Source of the DNA: Mytilus trossulus
Lineage: Eukaryota
Length of the DNA stretch: 64,000 nucleotides
Assembly: GCF_036588685.1 (NCBI RefSeq)
Contig: NC_086373.1
Coordinates: forward strand, 23,746,001 to 23,810,000
Reading direction: 5' to 3'
Part shown: positions 31,471 to 43,600 of the stretch, piece after piece
Layout of the letters: each line of letters opens with the position of its first letter
How positions within the stretch are numbered: position 1 is the stretch's first letter
The notes under the pieces: generated by a model
What the model was told of the DNA's origin: nothing
The model's input: the letters and a program-made list of their open reading frames with translations, nothing else
The model's database searches: none
Made by a program: the position numbers and the translations under genes

Positions 31471-33949
31471 AAAGTACTCTCGCTTTGTAGATTAATTCAT
31501 TTCACTAGAATAGCCCCGTGCATCAATCAACAAATTTTACCAAACACTTGAGGTCACACGTTATCGTTTAACGTTGTTGTCTACGAAACTCCAGAAGATT
31601 CGGCTATTTACAGATAAAAGTTGCCTGTGTACCAATATCATGAATATGCATGATTAATGACCAAGCAAAATCTAATTGCTAAAATAGAGAGGACAAAACC
31701 GACACTCTACGGGATTGAAAGACATTTACTAGGTTTGGATTGTCCTAACCAATCAATAAACTTTGATTATTCAAGTCTCGTAATATCTTCCAATCAGGTA
31801 GTAAGAAGCATTCACGCACTGACTGTCCATCGTCCAATTCTTAATATCGTCTTCAAGGAGACGAATAGACGACGATAGCAAAAAAAAATCATTATCATTT
31901 ATCTATGATCTTAAAAATATTTCATGAGTATTCATTGAAGACCTGCGATATGGAATGTTAGGTGGCACTCAATAATATCAGCGTATTTATACGAAAAACG
32001 TTCGCTTATTATAAATCAAAAGCACAAGCAAATTTCTGAGGCAACATAACACCGGTTTGACCTCTCAGGGTCACATCCGATGTAAATATACAACAACAAT
32101 CTATCAGGGAGTCGAAAGATCAATAACATTGTGGTGATCAAATTTAGTGACCGAGAAGTGTACATATCATTCCAAAAAATATATATAGAATATTTCAATG
32201 AGATCTTAACAGATTTGCCTTTAATAAAGCAATAGTTATCGCTGAAAAAGTTATACTGTTGTTTTCAAAACCCGAAGCATTCTGTTATCAGTTACAATCA
32301 CCATACTAGTTATTCTAAGAAAGTTGTTCATTTGTTGCTCAGTTTTTTCAAACAGCATTTGTTTAAAAGTGAAATTATACAATCAGTTGCCCAATAAATC
32401 GCATGTATTTGACCTTATCAAATCTTTGTTCAGCTTCAAGTTAGAGTTAATGTTAACTCATAATATACTGACCGACTTAAGAAACGAAACACTAGATTAT
32501 TCTTTGTAATTCCCATTTTCAAATATTCATTTTTTTTGTTAACAAACTTACGAACAGAAAGTTCTTTCATTATTTCAATGTTTTAAAAAAAATCCAGGTC
32601 GGAGGTTGAATTGATGACGTCGTTTTCAACGTTCAAATATTGTGCTATACACTAAAACCCTGGTTGTCCCTTCCCCAATGAACGTATAACCGTCACAATA
32701 CTGCCTGTAACAAACGCCAAAATTATTATCAGAAAGGTCAACCAATTCTGTTCGGCACGTTTTGGGTTCTGTTTTTCACTTTCTTATTTTACCGTTGTTC
32801 CACCAATTGCAATGGGTTTTGGCAATTGTTCGGTTGAAACTTTAAGGCTTTAAATGTTTTTCTGCTGTCAATTCCTTGGCAGTTCAGTTAATAAGAAACA
32901 TTTATGGAATGAATCTGTGCAAAATGGCATTCAGCAATTTGATTAGCATTTGACGGCGTTGCGGCCGTAGTTCTGTCTCGAAAATGACGTTGCGTAATCA
33001 AATTCTATTGACGTTGCATTGTCACTACATGTTGAGATGGTCATTGATGGTCTTCAACAAATCACTTCTACCGGTATCATTGTCGAAAGGACAGTTGAAC
33101 GAGTTTCTGGCGTCAAATTGTCTGATTGCAGCACGTTCACGTTTTCCTGTTTGCAGTATTCTAAGGGGTTGATTCAGTTTTTTATTCTTCAGTCTTTGCA
33201 ATTTGGGGATGCAACATTTTTAACTGAGTTCAGTGTGTCCAAGAATTGAAAGAACTGTTTCACAAAGAAAACAAATGAAAAAAATCTTTTATTGGCTCGA
33301 AATTTCGCTTTCTGAAATTCTTGCGATTTCAATTATTCGGTATGTTTAATAACCATAGGTAAGTCAGATGTTGATTTTTTCAAAGGAGAAAGAAGCATGA
33401 TAAGCATGAATAGTAGTTGTATGAGGATCAAACTTGATTTGGTAAAAAAAAATCTACAAAATGAGTGTTGCGTTTCTTAAGTCAGTCAGTATACGAACAG
33501 ATTGCTGTAAAAGATCTATTTGGAGTCCACAGACTTGGATGTAGGAGAAAACACAACATGCGAGTTTTTTTGGCAGAGTATGCTTGATGATATTTACTGC
33601 AGTGACACCTTTTTAAGTAAATTGCATCTCTTTTGATTTATTATCTATTAAAATACAAACCGTACTGCTCACCTGCAAATGATTGCTGACCATTCTTATA
33701 CGAAGTAGAAAAGTCACGATAAATAGTAATGCAAATTAATATACTAAGAATTTGAATTTGATACTATAAGCTGGTAGAGCATCCATTAAGGATAGAAATA
33801 AGCTAAAAATATTGATAGGTCATGGACGTCCTTTTCGAGATATTTGAGATTTAAAATATGGCGGGAAAAGGCTGGCTTGAACTTTTTGCATTGGTATTAT
33901 TTAGGTCTCAAAATAAAAGAAAGAAAATCAACGTGCTACTTCACAAAAC

Positions 33950-35610
33950 GCCTGTCACCTTAGCCGGGCACTCTTATTCTGACTCCGAGTTTACCAATCT
34001 TTGCTCTTACTACTAAATGCCGCGGTCTTAGTGGGGAAGCAGCTGATACTAATTATGACGGGGGCAAGGGGTTTAACTGTTATGGGACAATTTAATTCTT
34101 TGTTATCTGTTATTCTGAAAATATATTTGCTGTTAGCTGTTATTGGCTTATTCTTTGTTAGCTGTTATTGGGCTTTTAGTTTTTTTGTTATATGTTATTG
34201 TGATAATGTATTTGCTGTTAACTGTTATTGGAAATTGGAATGTTAGCATTTTTTGGACAGCAAATTTTCGGTAGAAATGAAAGGCGATTGGACATTGGGG
34301 TCTACTACTAGTTATGTTGTTCCCGTATTCAGAGAAGGATTCCATTAGCATATACCCATCAAAGAAGTAAGGTCCAGGACAATTACAGTATATCTTATGA
34401 TTATCTTTTGTAATTAATTCCATTTTTTGGGAATATGTATTTATTATTATCGTATTTTTTTGTATGAGGATAATGATCCTTGTGTCCCGTATCCTCATAT
34501 TAAATCAGAACAATTCTTAATATGACAAAAAGGAAAACGTATGGCCAGGAATATTTGACAAGAATCTCAATTAAGAACTAGGTCCTTACAACCAGTTAAC
34601 CTTTTATATAAAACGGTACATTGACTCAGCTCTGATTCTTTTCAAAGCAGAACCAAACACATTGTACAATGAAAGTTCCAACCATGTACTGGGTTCCGAG
34701 GCTGCACATAGCTCATTACAAACAAAGATTTATTTTGTCTTCAAGCCATTGTTCCCCTACTTAACTATATATTCTAATTACCAGTATACTTGGTGCAATC
34801 AAAAGCCTGATAAAAAAATGTTCAAACTGAGCCTTTGAAAATAGTGGAATAAATCACTTTTGGAGTGTCAAAATTGTTACCAGGTACTTGATAATTTACA
34901 TGCGTATAATTGGTGCTTTTGATTTTTCTACCCTATATACTACTTTGCCTCATAGTTTTATTAAACACAAATCACACATCTCATTAAATTGGCATTTAAA
35001 AAAGTCAGAATGAGAATATATATTTTCAAACTCTTTTAGGTCATTTTTTAGTAACAACAAACACAAGAACTATGTCAATTGGACCTGCTTTGATACCATA
35101 ACTGCCCTTGAATTTTAACTAGATACCATTTTTGTCTCTTTGACATATTCCTCATTTCTATTCTCAATTTTATTACACACTGAAAAAAAGACGGGGAGCT
35201 CGCGTCAATAGATATAAACAATTTCCTAAAGTTTTATGCAAATTGGTTAAAGAATGTTGGAGTTAATGTTCGACATGTTGACGACAGACGGACAACAGTA
35301 CTCCATAATACTTAATATATTAAGTAGTAAACACATTCTAGATACATTTTAAAAACATGTTCATAGAAAGTGGAATTCATTACAAAGGAGTATATATACC
35401 CGTAATAAGAAACACTGGATTTGTCACTCAAGGACCAGACTTATTTAATATTTCATTTACTGTTATCTGTTTTTGTCCATTTTAATTCCTGGTTATCGAT
35501 TATAAGCCAAATCAATTTGCTGTTTTGCTGTTATTGTGACCCCTTGCCCCCTCTAATTATCAAGCCATTGGTTTGGTCTAGCCCACGCTACCACGATATA
35601 AGCGAGGGGA
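33950..35610 (-). mobile_element. CORE-SINE-like fragment split by the 34057-35553 insertion
   Basis: 33950-34056 reads on minus as ...gctgcttccccactaag...agtaagagcaaagattgg..., and continues at 35554-35610 toward a tRNA-like head. Confidence 0.45.
34057..35553. mobile_element. 1.5-kb TIR element with G-rich termini and 7-bp TSD
   Basis: TAATTAT|GACGGGGGCAAGGGGT ... ACCCCTTGCCCCCTC|TAATTAT; many (C)TGTTA subterminal motifs at both ends. Confidence 0.62.
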
Positions 35611-36116
35611 TTATTCATGAACAAATGCAATGTTATGTCATATTGATTTCACAACATTCAGTCGAGTCAAAATGTAGAATGATCTAAAACACTGATACAA
35701 AATATACCTGTAAAACATATGTTATCAATTATGAAAAAAGATCAATATGGATTTCAGCAGCATTACCGCTAAGGTATAAGGATGAAATGATTTTGACGGA
35801 AAAGATGTTGAAGCCCTGGCCACCCGGCCGTAAATGTCAGTTTGGCCAATTACTAAATAGCTGACATAATTTTGATATATTTATGACCATTGGACGTGAA
35901 ATTATTAATTGTCAGTTCTGTTAATCATTGCATCTTGGGTTGTGTTTGGTACATCTATTGGTTCAAGTTTTACTCGAAATAATAGTAACATTGCATGCGT
36001 GAATTTTGCTAAGATTGGTATAACATTTTTTTCTCATTCATTGACTGTCGTTTCTGCTTATAATTAACTTATATTGGATATTTATAAGAACTATAACATG
36101 TTGCAACAGAGATTAT

Positions 36117-36325
36117 AAAAAAGAAGATTTGGTATAATTGCCAATGAGACAATTTTCCACAAGAGACCACAGAAATTAACAAAAATAGGTCACCGTACGG
36201 CCTGCAGCAATTATCAAAGCCCATACCACAAATATATATATAGTGAGCTATAAAAGGCTCCGAAATGACAAATGTAAAACAATTCAAACGAGAACTTTGA
36301 ACTAACAGCCTAATTTATGTACATA
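36117..36325. repeat. Family A copy (terminal portion)
   Basis: aagaagatttggtataattgccaatgagacaa...ggtcaccgtacggcct...caattcaaacgag. Confidence 0.7.
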
Positions 36326-37594
36326 GAATGATTGTTCGTTCTGATGAACATACCTTCAGCAAATAAAGGTGATAGCGCTTATAACATATTTATGAAATTT
36401 GCAAGTTATTGGTCGGTTTTCAGTCATTCAATGAGATCATGTACCGATCTATTGTATGGTACCTTATTTTGTATGAATAAGGATAGATAGCGTATGACTT
36501 TTAATTCGGATGACCCACTTATACTTAATTAATTATAAACCTTATACCTTTTCATTCAATGCAATTTCAAAACAAAATGTTAATTGTAATTGCAATTTTT
36601 GGACTATCATATTGCTAAAAAATTAAAACAGAGTTTTTGTCATCAATGCCTGAGGCTTTTCTTTGTCCATTTCCGGTACGAGAGTTTCTGTAGATTTTAT
36701 GCAATATTATACTCGAAACAAGTTCCTCTATTTTTGTTTCGATATTTTATCTTACACAACATCTTCTTAACGCTTTATGTAAACCTAGACATGGAATTTT
36801 AGTCATATGAAACGAATGGCTGGTGAAAAATAATGTTTATCCAATCAGTCTTAAACCAATCCATATATATATCATATTAAACTTATGATTTTATAATTTT
36901 TTGTGTATCCATATCGTATAATCGTAAAAAAAATCAATATTTCGGCCTGTTAAGATGTGAAAATATGGCAGCTAAATAATTGTAGTGCTTTGAAGACGTA
37001 ATTTACCGATTGTCACCTTAACTTGAGGTAACAGTCAACAAAGAAGCATGTATTTTGAGCACGTGTTTATCAGATCCATGCATATTGCGATAACCGGATG
37101 TTACGAGAAAGGTCACCCTGAGTTTAATGCATACGGAAAACATATCGGCGAATTTTTTACTGGAAGCAAGCAATTAAAGAAAGTAAATTTCTTCTAAATT
37201 TGGACAAATTATAGATTTTATTGAGAAAAAAAGTGTATGTTCAGAAGTTTTATAATAAAAACTAGCCATTTAGTAGTAAAAAAAACATATGCATCATTTT
37301 ATTTAATTTGATATTTCTATGACTTAAAATCTTTCTGTCAAGACTTCAAAACCTTATGGAAATAAAAGATCATATTCTATTCTATTCATACTATATCTTC
37401 TTTTTATATTATATGATTTGGTACGTCGAATGACCGCGGCATTTTCGTCTTCATAAGTCTCGAGTCAAAACAGTTGCAAAGCAAATTAGATATAACGGAG
37501 TTAAAGAATAAAAACTGTTCAAAAATATAAGTTAATGTTGAAAGAAGGCAAAATGACGAATGAAAATTTTTCTAAGTTTCTCAGTTTTTGGTGA

Positions 37595-37758
37595 ATAAGT
37601 ATGGTTGTTATACAAGGGTATATGTGTTGCTATCTATAAGTATGGTTGTTATACAAGGGTATATGTGTTGCTATCTATAAGTATGGTTGTTATACAAGGG
37701 TATATGTGTTGCTATCTATAAGTATGGTTGTTATACAAGGGTATATGTGTTGCTATCT
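37595..37758. repeat. Minisatellite, 4 x 41 bp, perfect
   Basis: ATAAGTATGGTTGTTATACAAGGGTATATGTGTTGCTATCT at 37595, 37636, 37677, 37718. Confidence 0.95.
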
Positions 37759-40357
37759 GATAAGATTACATGACGATGAAAGTGTATCTTCTCCTTTGTT
37801 AAGTTGTCTTAACTGTAACTTATTCGATTCGGTGATTTTACTTAATTAATAAAGTCTTTGTTATTTGTGCAGTATAAACATTCGAAAGCTTTGTTTTAAT
37901 ATAAATCACGCTGTATACACATTAATTTATCATTTAAAACAATAACAGACAGCAAATATCACTGCTTGGTACGACATGTCTTAAACTTCTCTTTGCATGT
38001 TTTTTTTAAAGCAGTTTCATTTTACAATATCAATAATAGTTCTTCTGGAATTTCAGAACCTGCGTGAAATTTTTGCAATAGGAAAAAAGAAGGATATTAA
38101 TCAATAAAACAATAACATGAATAAGTCAACGGCATAAAGGAAAATTATACATTAGGGCTGCTTATATAGAATATACCATTACTTAATTGCAGAGTAGTAG
38201 ACATACATAAGTAGTATAATATTACAGGACTTATATTGGATTTATGATGAGGATAAACAATAAGTGTATTTATTCACAAATATTGATAAGATTCGAAGCT
38301 GTGCCATAGCATGTTGTCTTACTTCAAATAGAAATAATATGCTGTAAATAATTTGCTTATTAATATGAATTATAGTAGGTAGTAGACGAATTTTATATAA
38401 TTCTTAACATCACTTATAATTCTGTATTGGATTTTGTTTTATTATATATATTTATATGTAATGCAATGTTTTAATGTATATTATTGAGAGATGAGACTTG
38501 GATAAAATATTGAATTGCCTTGAATTGAATTTGTAAAAGAGGCCTCTCCAATCTCTTTACTGTTTTGTGTACCGTATAAATATTTACCAAGTTGACACCA
38601 GATTGACTTTTTCACATTTTTTCCTTCTTGAATATATCAAGAAAAAGCACATTCCCGTTCGTACACTTTTAAAGGTTTATAAACAAGTTTGATAATATAA
38701 GAAACGATCTCCTCTTCATATGATCGTTCCTTATTACTTCCATAGAAACAGGGAGAAGTATCTAGTAGCAATTACAGTATAACAGACCAGATCAACCAAT
38801 TGTGCCTATAAGCATTGCTCGTCGTGTTCAGATCATCTCTTGACAGTATTTACCTATGTTCTTACTTTATCTAAATTTGGATATCGCTTTATTATACATG
38901 AAGCCGAAAATGGCCCCGCTCCCTCGCACCAAGCAAAAGGGAAAGATCAAAAGTTAACTTGGTTGATTAACTCTTCATCTTTCAAAGTTTTATGAAAAGA
39001 AAGTTACTTTATGGTGTGTGACAATGATAGAAATTTAAACAAAGTCATTTTGAAAGATTGTTGACTCATTTCCACTTCAGGCATTTTACAGCTTGGACAT
39101 CACACCCTCCAAACAAATAACAGCGATGTACTCAAGTGAAACTAACATATACCATCGATTACTATTATCATTGATTTTTGTACGCATAAAAATAAACAAA
39201 TATTAAACCGGTCGAGGATTAAAAGTATAAATACGCAAGGGTAAGTGAAGTAGGATATATCGATGATGCAAGTCCTCACTTTACTCATCCTTATAACGTC
39301 GTGCTACATTTTAAACTTCAAATTTGTTTTATAATTCATTAAAAGTCATGATCACATGTTTAACCCATAAAAATATACGGTTGAGGAAACACCAAGAATA
39401 GTTCCTTAAATACCAGTGAGATCAATTCAGGCCACAAACCAACAACATGGCTAATAACTAGTTAAATAGCTTACTTATTGAATGTGAAACGTAATATATA
39501 GTGTTTCTGGATTTATATACAAACTGTAAATAACAGGTTTCATATAGCTTTTGATAAGCAGGTAAGTCCTATCAAACAGAGAGCAAGATACACTGAAAGT
39601 AATATCGGTATCACTTCAGCTAGCAATAACTAGCAAATGATGTCAGTTTTTATATATATTTCTAAGCCACTATATGTGTATAATGTAGGTTATTTATTTC
39701 AATGGCGAATGCTTTAGTTCAATAAAACTTTTTCACCAAAGTACCTGTACTGCGACAGATTTTGGTGCTCATGTAGTTAAAAATAAAAATGGTTTCATAA
39801 TATTACTTTTGACAGTGCATATGAACTCATTAAAGGTACAACGTGACTACGGGTAATTTAATTTCTTCTGTGAAACTTAATATTAAAAGATCTCATTTAT
39901 AGAACATTTAAAAAAAACTTAAGCTGTATCCAATTATTTGACACTGAAAACTGCGTCAATTCATAATAAATTCATAATTTTGTCCAAATTAAGGAAAAGT
40001 GGATAAAATTTAATATAAAACGGTCGTTAAGCATTTCAATAAAGTTTTCATACTGCTATATTGCTTCAAATAGTTTCATTGACATTGTGATTTCCTATAA
40101 TTCTATTCAAATTAGATTTGAATTTTAATCTGATATCATATTGTTATAAAATATTAAATGTGGGTTGAATCCTTACGGGAATAATCCCATTTTACCATTG
40201 ATGATGATACAGTATGGTGGATAAATAATCTCTGATATAATTTGAAATGATACAGCTGATCAATAATACTGACAGGTAAAAATTATTGATCGATTGTTGA
40301 CACAATTTTCAGGTGTGTAAATTGTGTGCTGGAACTACCAAAGAGCAAGAAAACAAG

Positions 40358-40670
40358 ATGGCACGATTACAACAATTTGGATTACTCTTACACAAGAACT
40401 GGATACTACAAAAACGTAAAGTGTGTGTTACTGTTTTTGAAATTTTAATGCCAGTAGCTTTTGGTCTGTTACTGTTAGTTATTCGAAATCTTATAACGAC
40501 AAACGATTTCCCAAACGGGAAAATATGGGATGCATTCAAGCCTTCGGATGCATTATCAAACTTGTCGAAGACAGAAATTCTATACGCTCCAAACAATGCA
40601 GTACTTAATACCTTAATGGCTGGCGTCAAGGCTGACATGGACGCAGAATTTCCAGGATTTTTAACTGCAG
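40358..40670 (+). CDS. ABCA3: ABCA3-like coding exon 1 (exon begins 40313 after an acceptor, so an upstream non-coding exon is implied)
   Basis: ttttcag acceptor ending 40312, ATG 40358, donor GTATAC 40671. Confidence 0.9.
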
Positions 40671-43600
40671 GTATACTTTTATTAAGCAATCACAATGTAA
40701 TGTACAGCTTCCATATACTACGCCCACAGGTTTAATATTCTAACAAGTTGCACATTATTTACGGTTATTATAAGAAGCGATACGAACCAAAAACCATTAA
40801 AAAAATCTAAGAATAGGCAAACATTCTTTTAAAAGCGGGATCGTTTTCTTTGCAGTCATATATTAAGCAACACGACGGGTTCCCCATGTGGAGCAGGATC
40901 TGATTACCCTTCCGGGGCGCCTGAAATCACCCTAGCTTTTGGTGGGTTCGTGTTGCTTTTTCTTTAGTTTTCTATGTTGTGTCATTTGTACTATTGTTTG
41001 TCTGTTTGTCTTTTTTTCATTTTTAGCCATGGCATTAACGTTGTCAGTTTTATGAATGTTCGATTTATGAATTTGACTGTCCCTCTGGTATCTTTCGTCC
41101 GTCTTTTTTAACGCAATTTACAATTGGGTCAAGTTCAAGATGGAGAGGCTCTTAAAAATTATTGTTCTTAACCACCCGTTGTCTTTGTATGGTTAACGGT
41201 TTCTATTAAGTATATTCCAAGAGTGTAAATCGAATAATTAGATTTTGTTTTGTTACAATTTTCTCAAAACCACAAAGTGCTGAACTGGTTCCGTTTTTAT
41301 ATATATGTTATTTTGGCATACACTGCATATTGTTTGTCATTCTTTCTTCTCCTGCAGTATATACACCGTTACATGAACATATCACCTGGTCAAACTGAAG
41401 AGATTACTTACACAGCTATTGTATTGTTAACAAACCACAGCTTTTTACAACGTTTAGGTGTTGGTGTGCTTCTACTAAGTTTTAATTTCACTCATGTTTT
41501 CCAGTTACTCCATATGCGTCTAACAGTGATATAGAAACCTATCATACCAATAACCCAAGTAAAGTATTAGCTGCTGTAGTGTTTGATGAATCAGCAACAT
41601 ACACTACTTCTGTACCAAACGATGTCAAGTATTCTCTTAGGGTGTCGCTCCTTGATGGGGATACGCGATGGAGAACAGACCGCACATTCCCGTTCGTATT
41701 GACAACAGCTCCAAGAAACAATGACAAGACTGGCGGAGAACCGGGTATGTATTTTATGTTAGAAAATCCAGTATTTACAATTATTCATTGGTACAGAAAC
41801 TAAAGATAGTAAAAATACCAGAACCAAGTGCCATGGAAGGCAAAAAGATGCGAATAATGAATGATTATCATAATCTGTTTGCTATAAAAAAAAAAAAAAA
41901 ATGTTGATCGGTGTTGACTTTTTTTGGCATATCGTAGGCTTTCCCTTACATATTTTAGACCGTCACAAATCTGGTCATGCGTCTTTCGTGAACATTGCAT
42001 GGGTTCCAAACTCGGTAGTTAACTAAAAGGACAGATGAGACTAACGCCATAAGGCTGCATTACTTTTAATACAAAATACAGAAATATGCAAGCATATGCA
42101 TTCGGTGGCATAACCAGTTTAGAGCAACCTACATATTTTGCACTTTCAAATATACTAGTAGTAGTTGTAAAAACATTTAAAAAAAAAATGCAGTCCTCTG
42201 GCTTTCTTATTTGCACTGGTCGGTTTTACTTCTCAGACACACTGGTGTTTGGAGATATATTTTTAAAAATGGATGAATATACATGAATTTGTAGTTTATT
42301 TTGAAATGCCAGTACGCTTATAATGTCAGAGTTTGCCATATCCCAATAATACAAAGAAATACATAACATCTCATTTACGTAAAAAAGAGCACTCAACACG
42401 GCTCTAAATTTGTCCCATAACCCAACTAGATATTTTTCTTCTTAGAAAGCAGTCCTCGTATAGTAAGGCAATAATAAAACGGGATATTGCAAAAAAATTG
42501 TTTCGCTTTATTCACAGAGTATGGAAAAACAGGATTTCTATACATCCAGTATTTGGTTAACAAAAATATCATGGAGAATGGCGGTTTAACATTGCCTAAT
42601 GATCCTCTGCTTGGAACAACAAATAATATTTTCCTCCGAAAAATGGCTTTCAAGCCGTATATAGAAGATAACATGCTGACAACTGTGCAGACGACATTGC
42701 CATTGTTTTTTGTTCTTGGATTTATACTCTATGTTATTATGTTGGCGAAGAATCTGGTTTACGAAAAAGAAATGAAACTAAAGGTGAGTCTTCAGTGGTG
42801 TAAATACACAAACACCGGCATGTCCTGTCATTTTATTTGGTAACATTGTATCCTTTCTGTTGGCACTAAGGAGTACATGTTCAAGTAAGTCAATGGATAA
42901 ACAACTATCACACACGTGGAAGGTTTAAAAGCCATTTTCTTGGGGAAATGCCTGTACCAAATCAGGAATATGGTCGCTGGTTTTTTACTTTTTCCGTTGA
43001 TTGATAGGGTTTGATTTTGTCGGTATTTAAGACTTTTTATGGACTTTCATTTGTTGAATTTGTCTTGGATTTCGATTTTTTTTATATACCTACAGCCTAG
43101 AATATGTTTTAAATTTTGGTTATCTGCTGTATTCGTACAACTCATGACCTTATTATTAATACAAATTCAGAAGTAAATTTTAAAATCCAAGCTTAGTAAG
43201 TTAATATTGAGACAATTTTATCAACTCATTATTAATTTAATGTACTTCCTTCGTCTGTTTAAACCCCCATTTGTATTACGTAGTTGTATGTCAAAAAGTG
43301 GAACACGACGATCAATACCATAGTCTTTAAATATTTATTTAAAGTTAAGGCAAATATTACAATGAATGTTAAAATGGACTGCATGAACAATATTTAAAGG
43401 TAGTTACTGTTCTGTCTAGATTTAATTTAGATGCTGTTATTTTAGTCTTTGTATTTAACCCCTGGCAATTTGGCAAATACCATTAAGGTCGAAATATATG
43501 CATTAAAGTCTTTTGCCTTTTTTTGTTTTGTGGACGCTATAGTAGTTTTAATTTGGTGATATTGTCATTGACCCGGTCATTGTTTTATAATTAAAAAATA

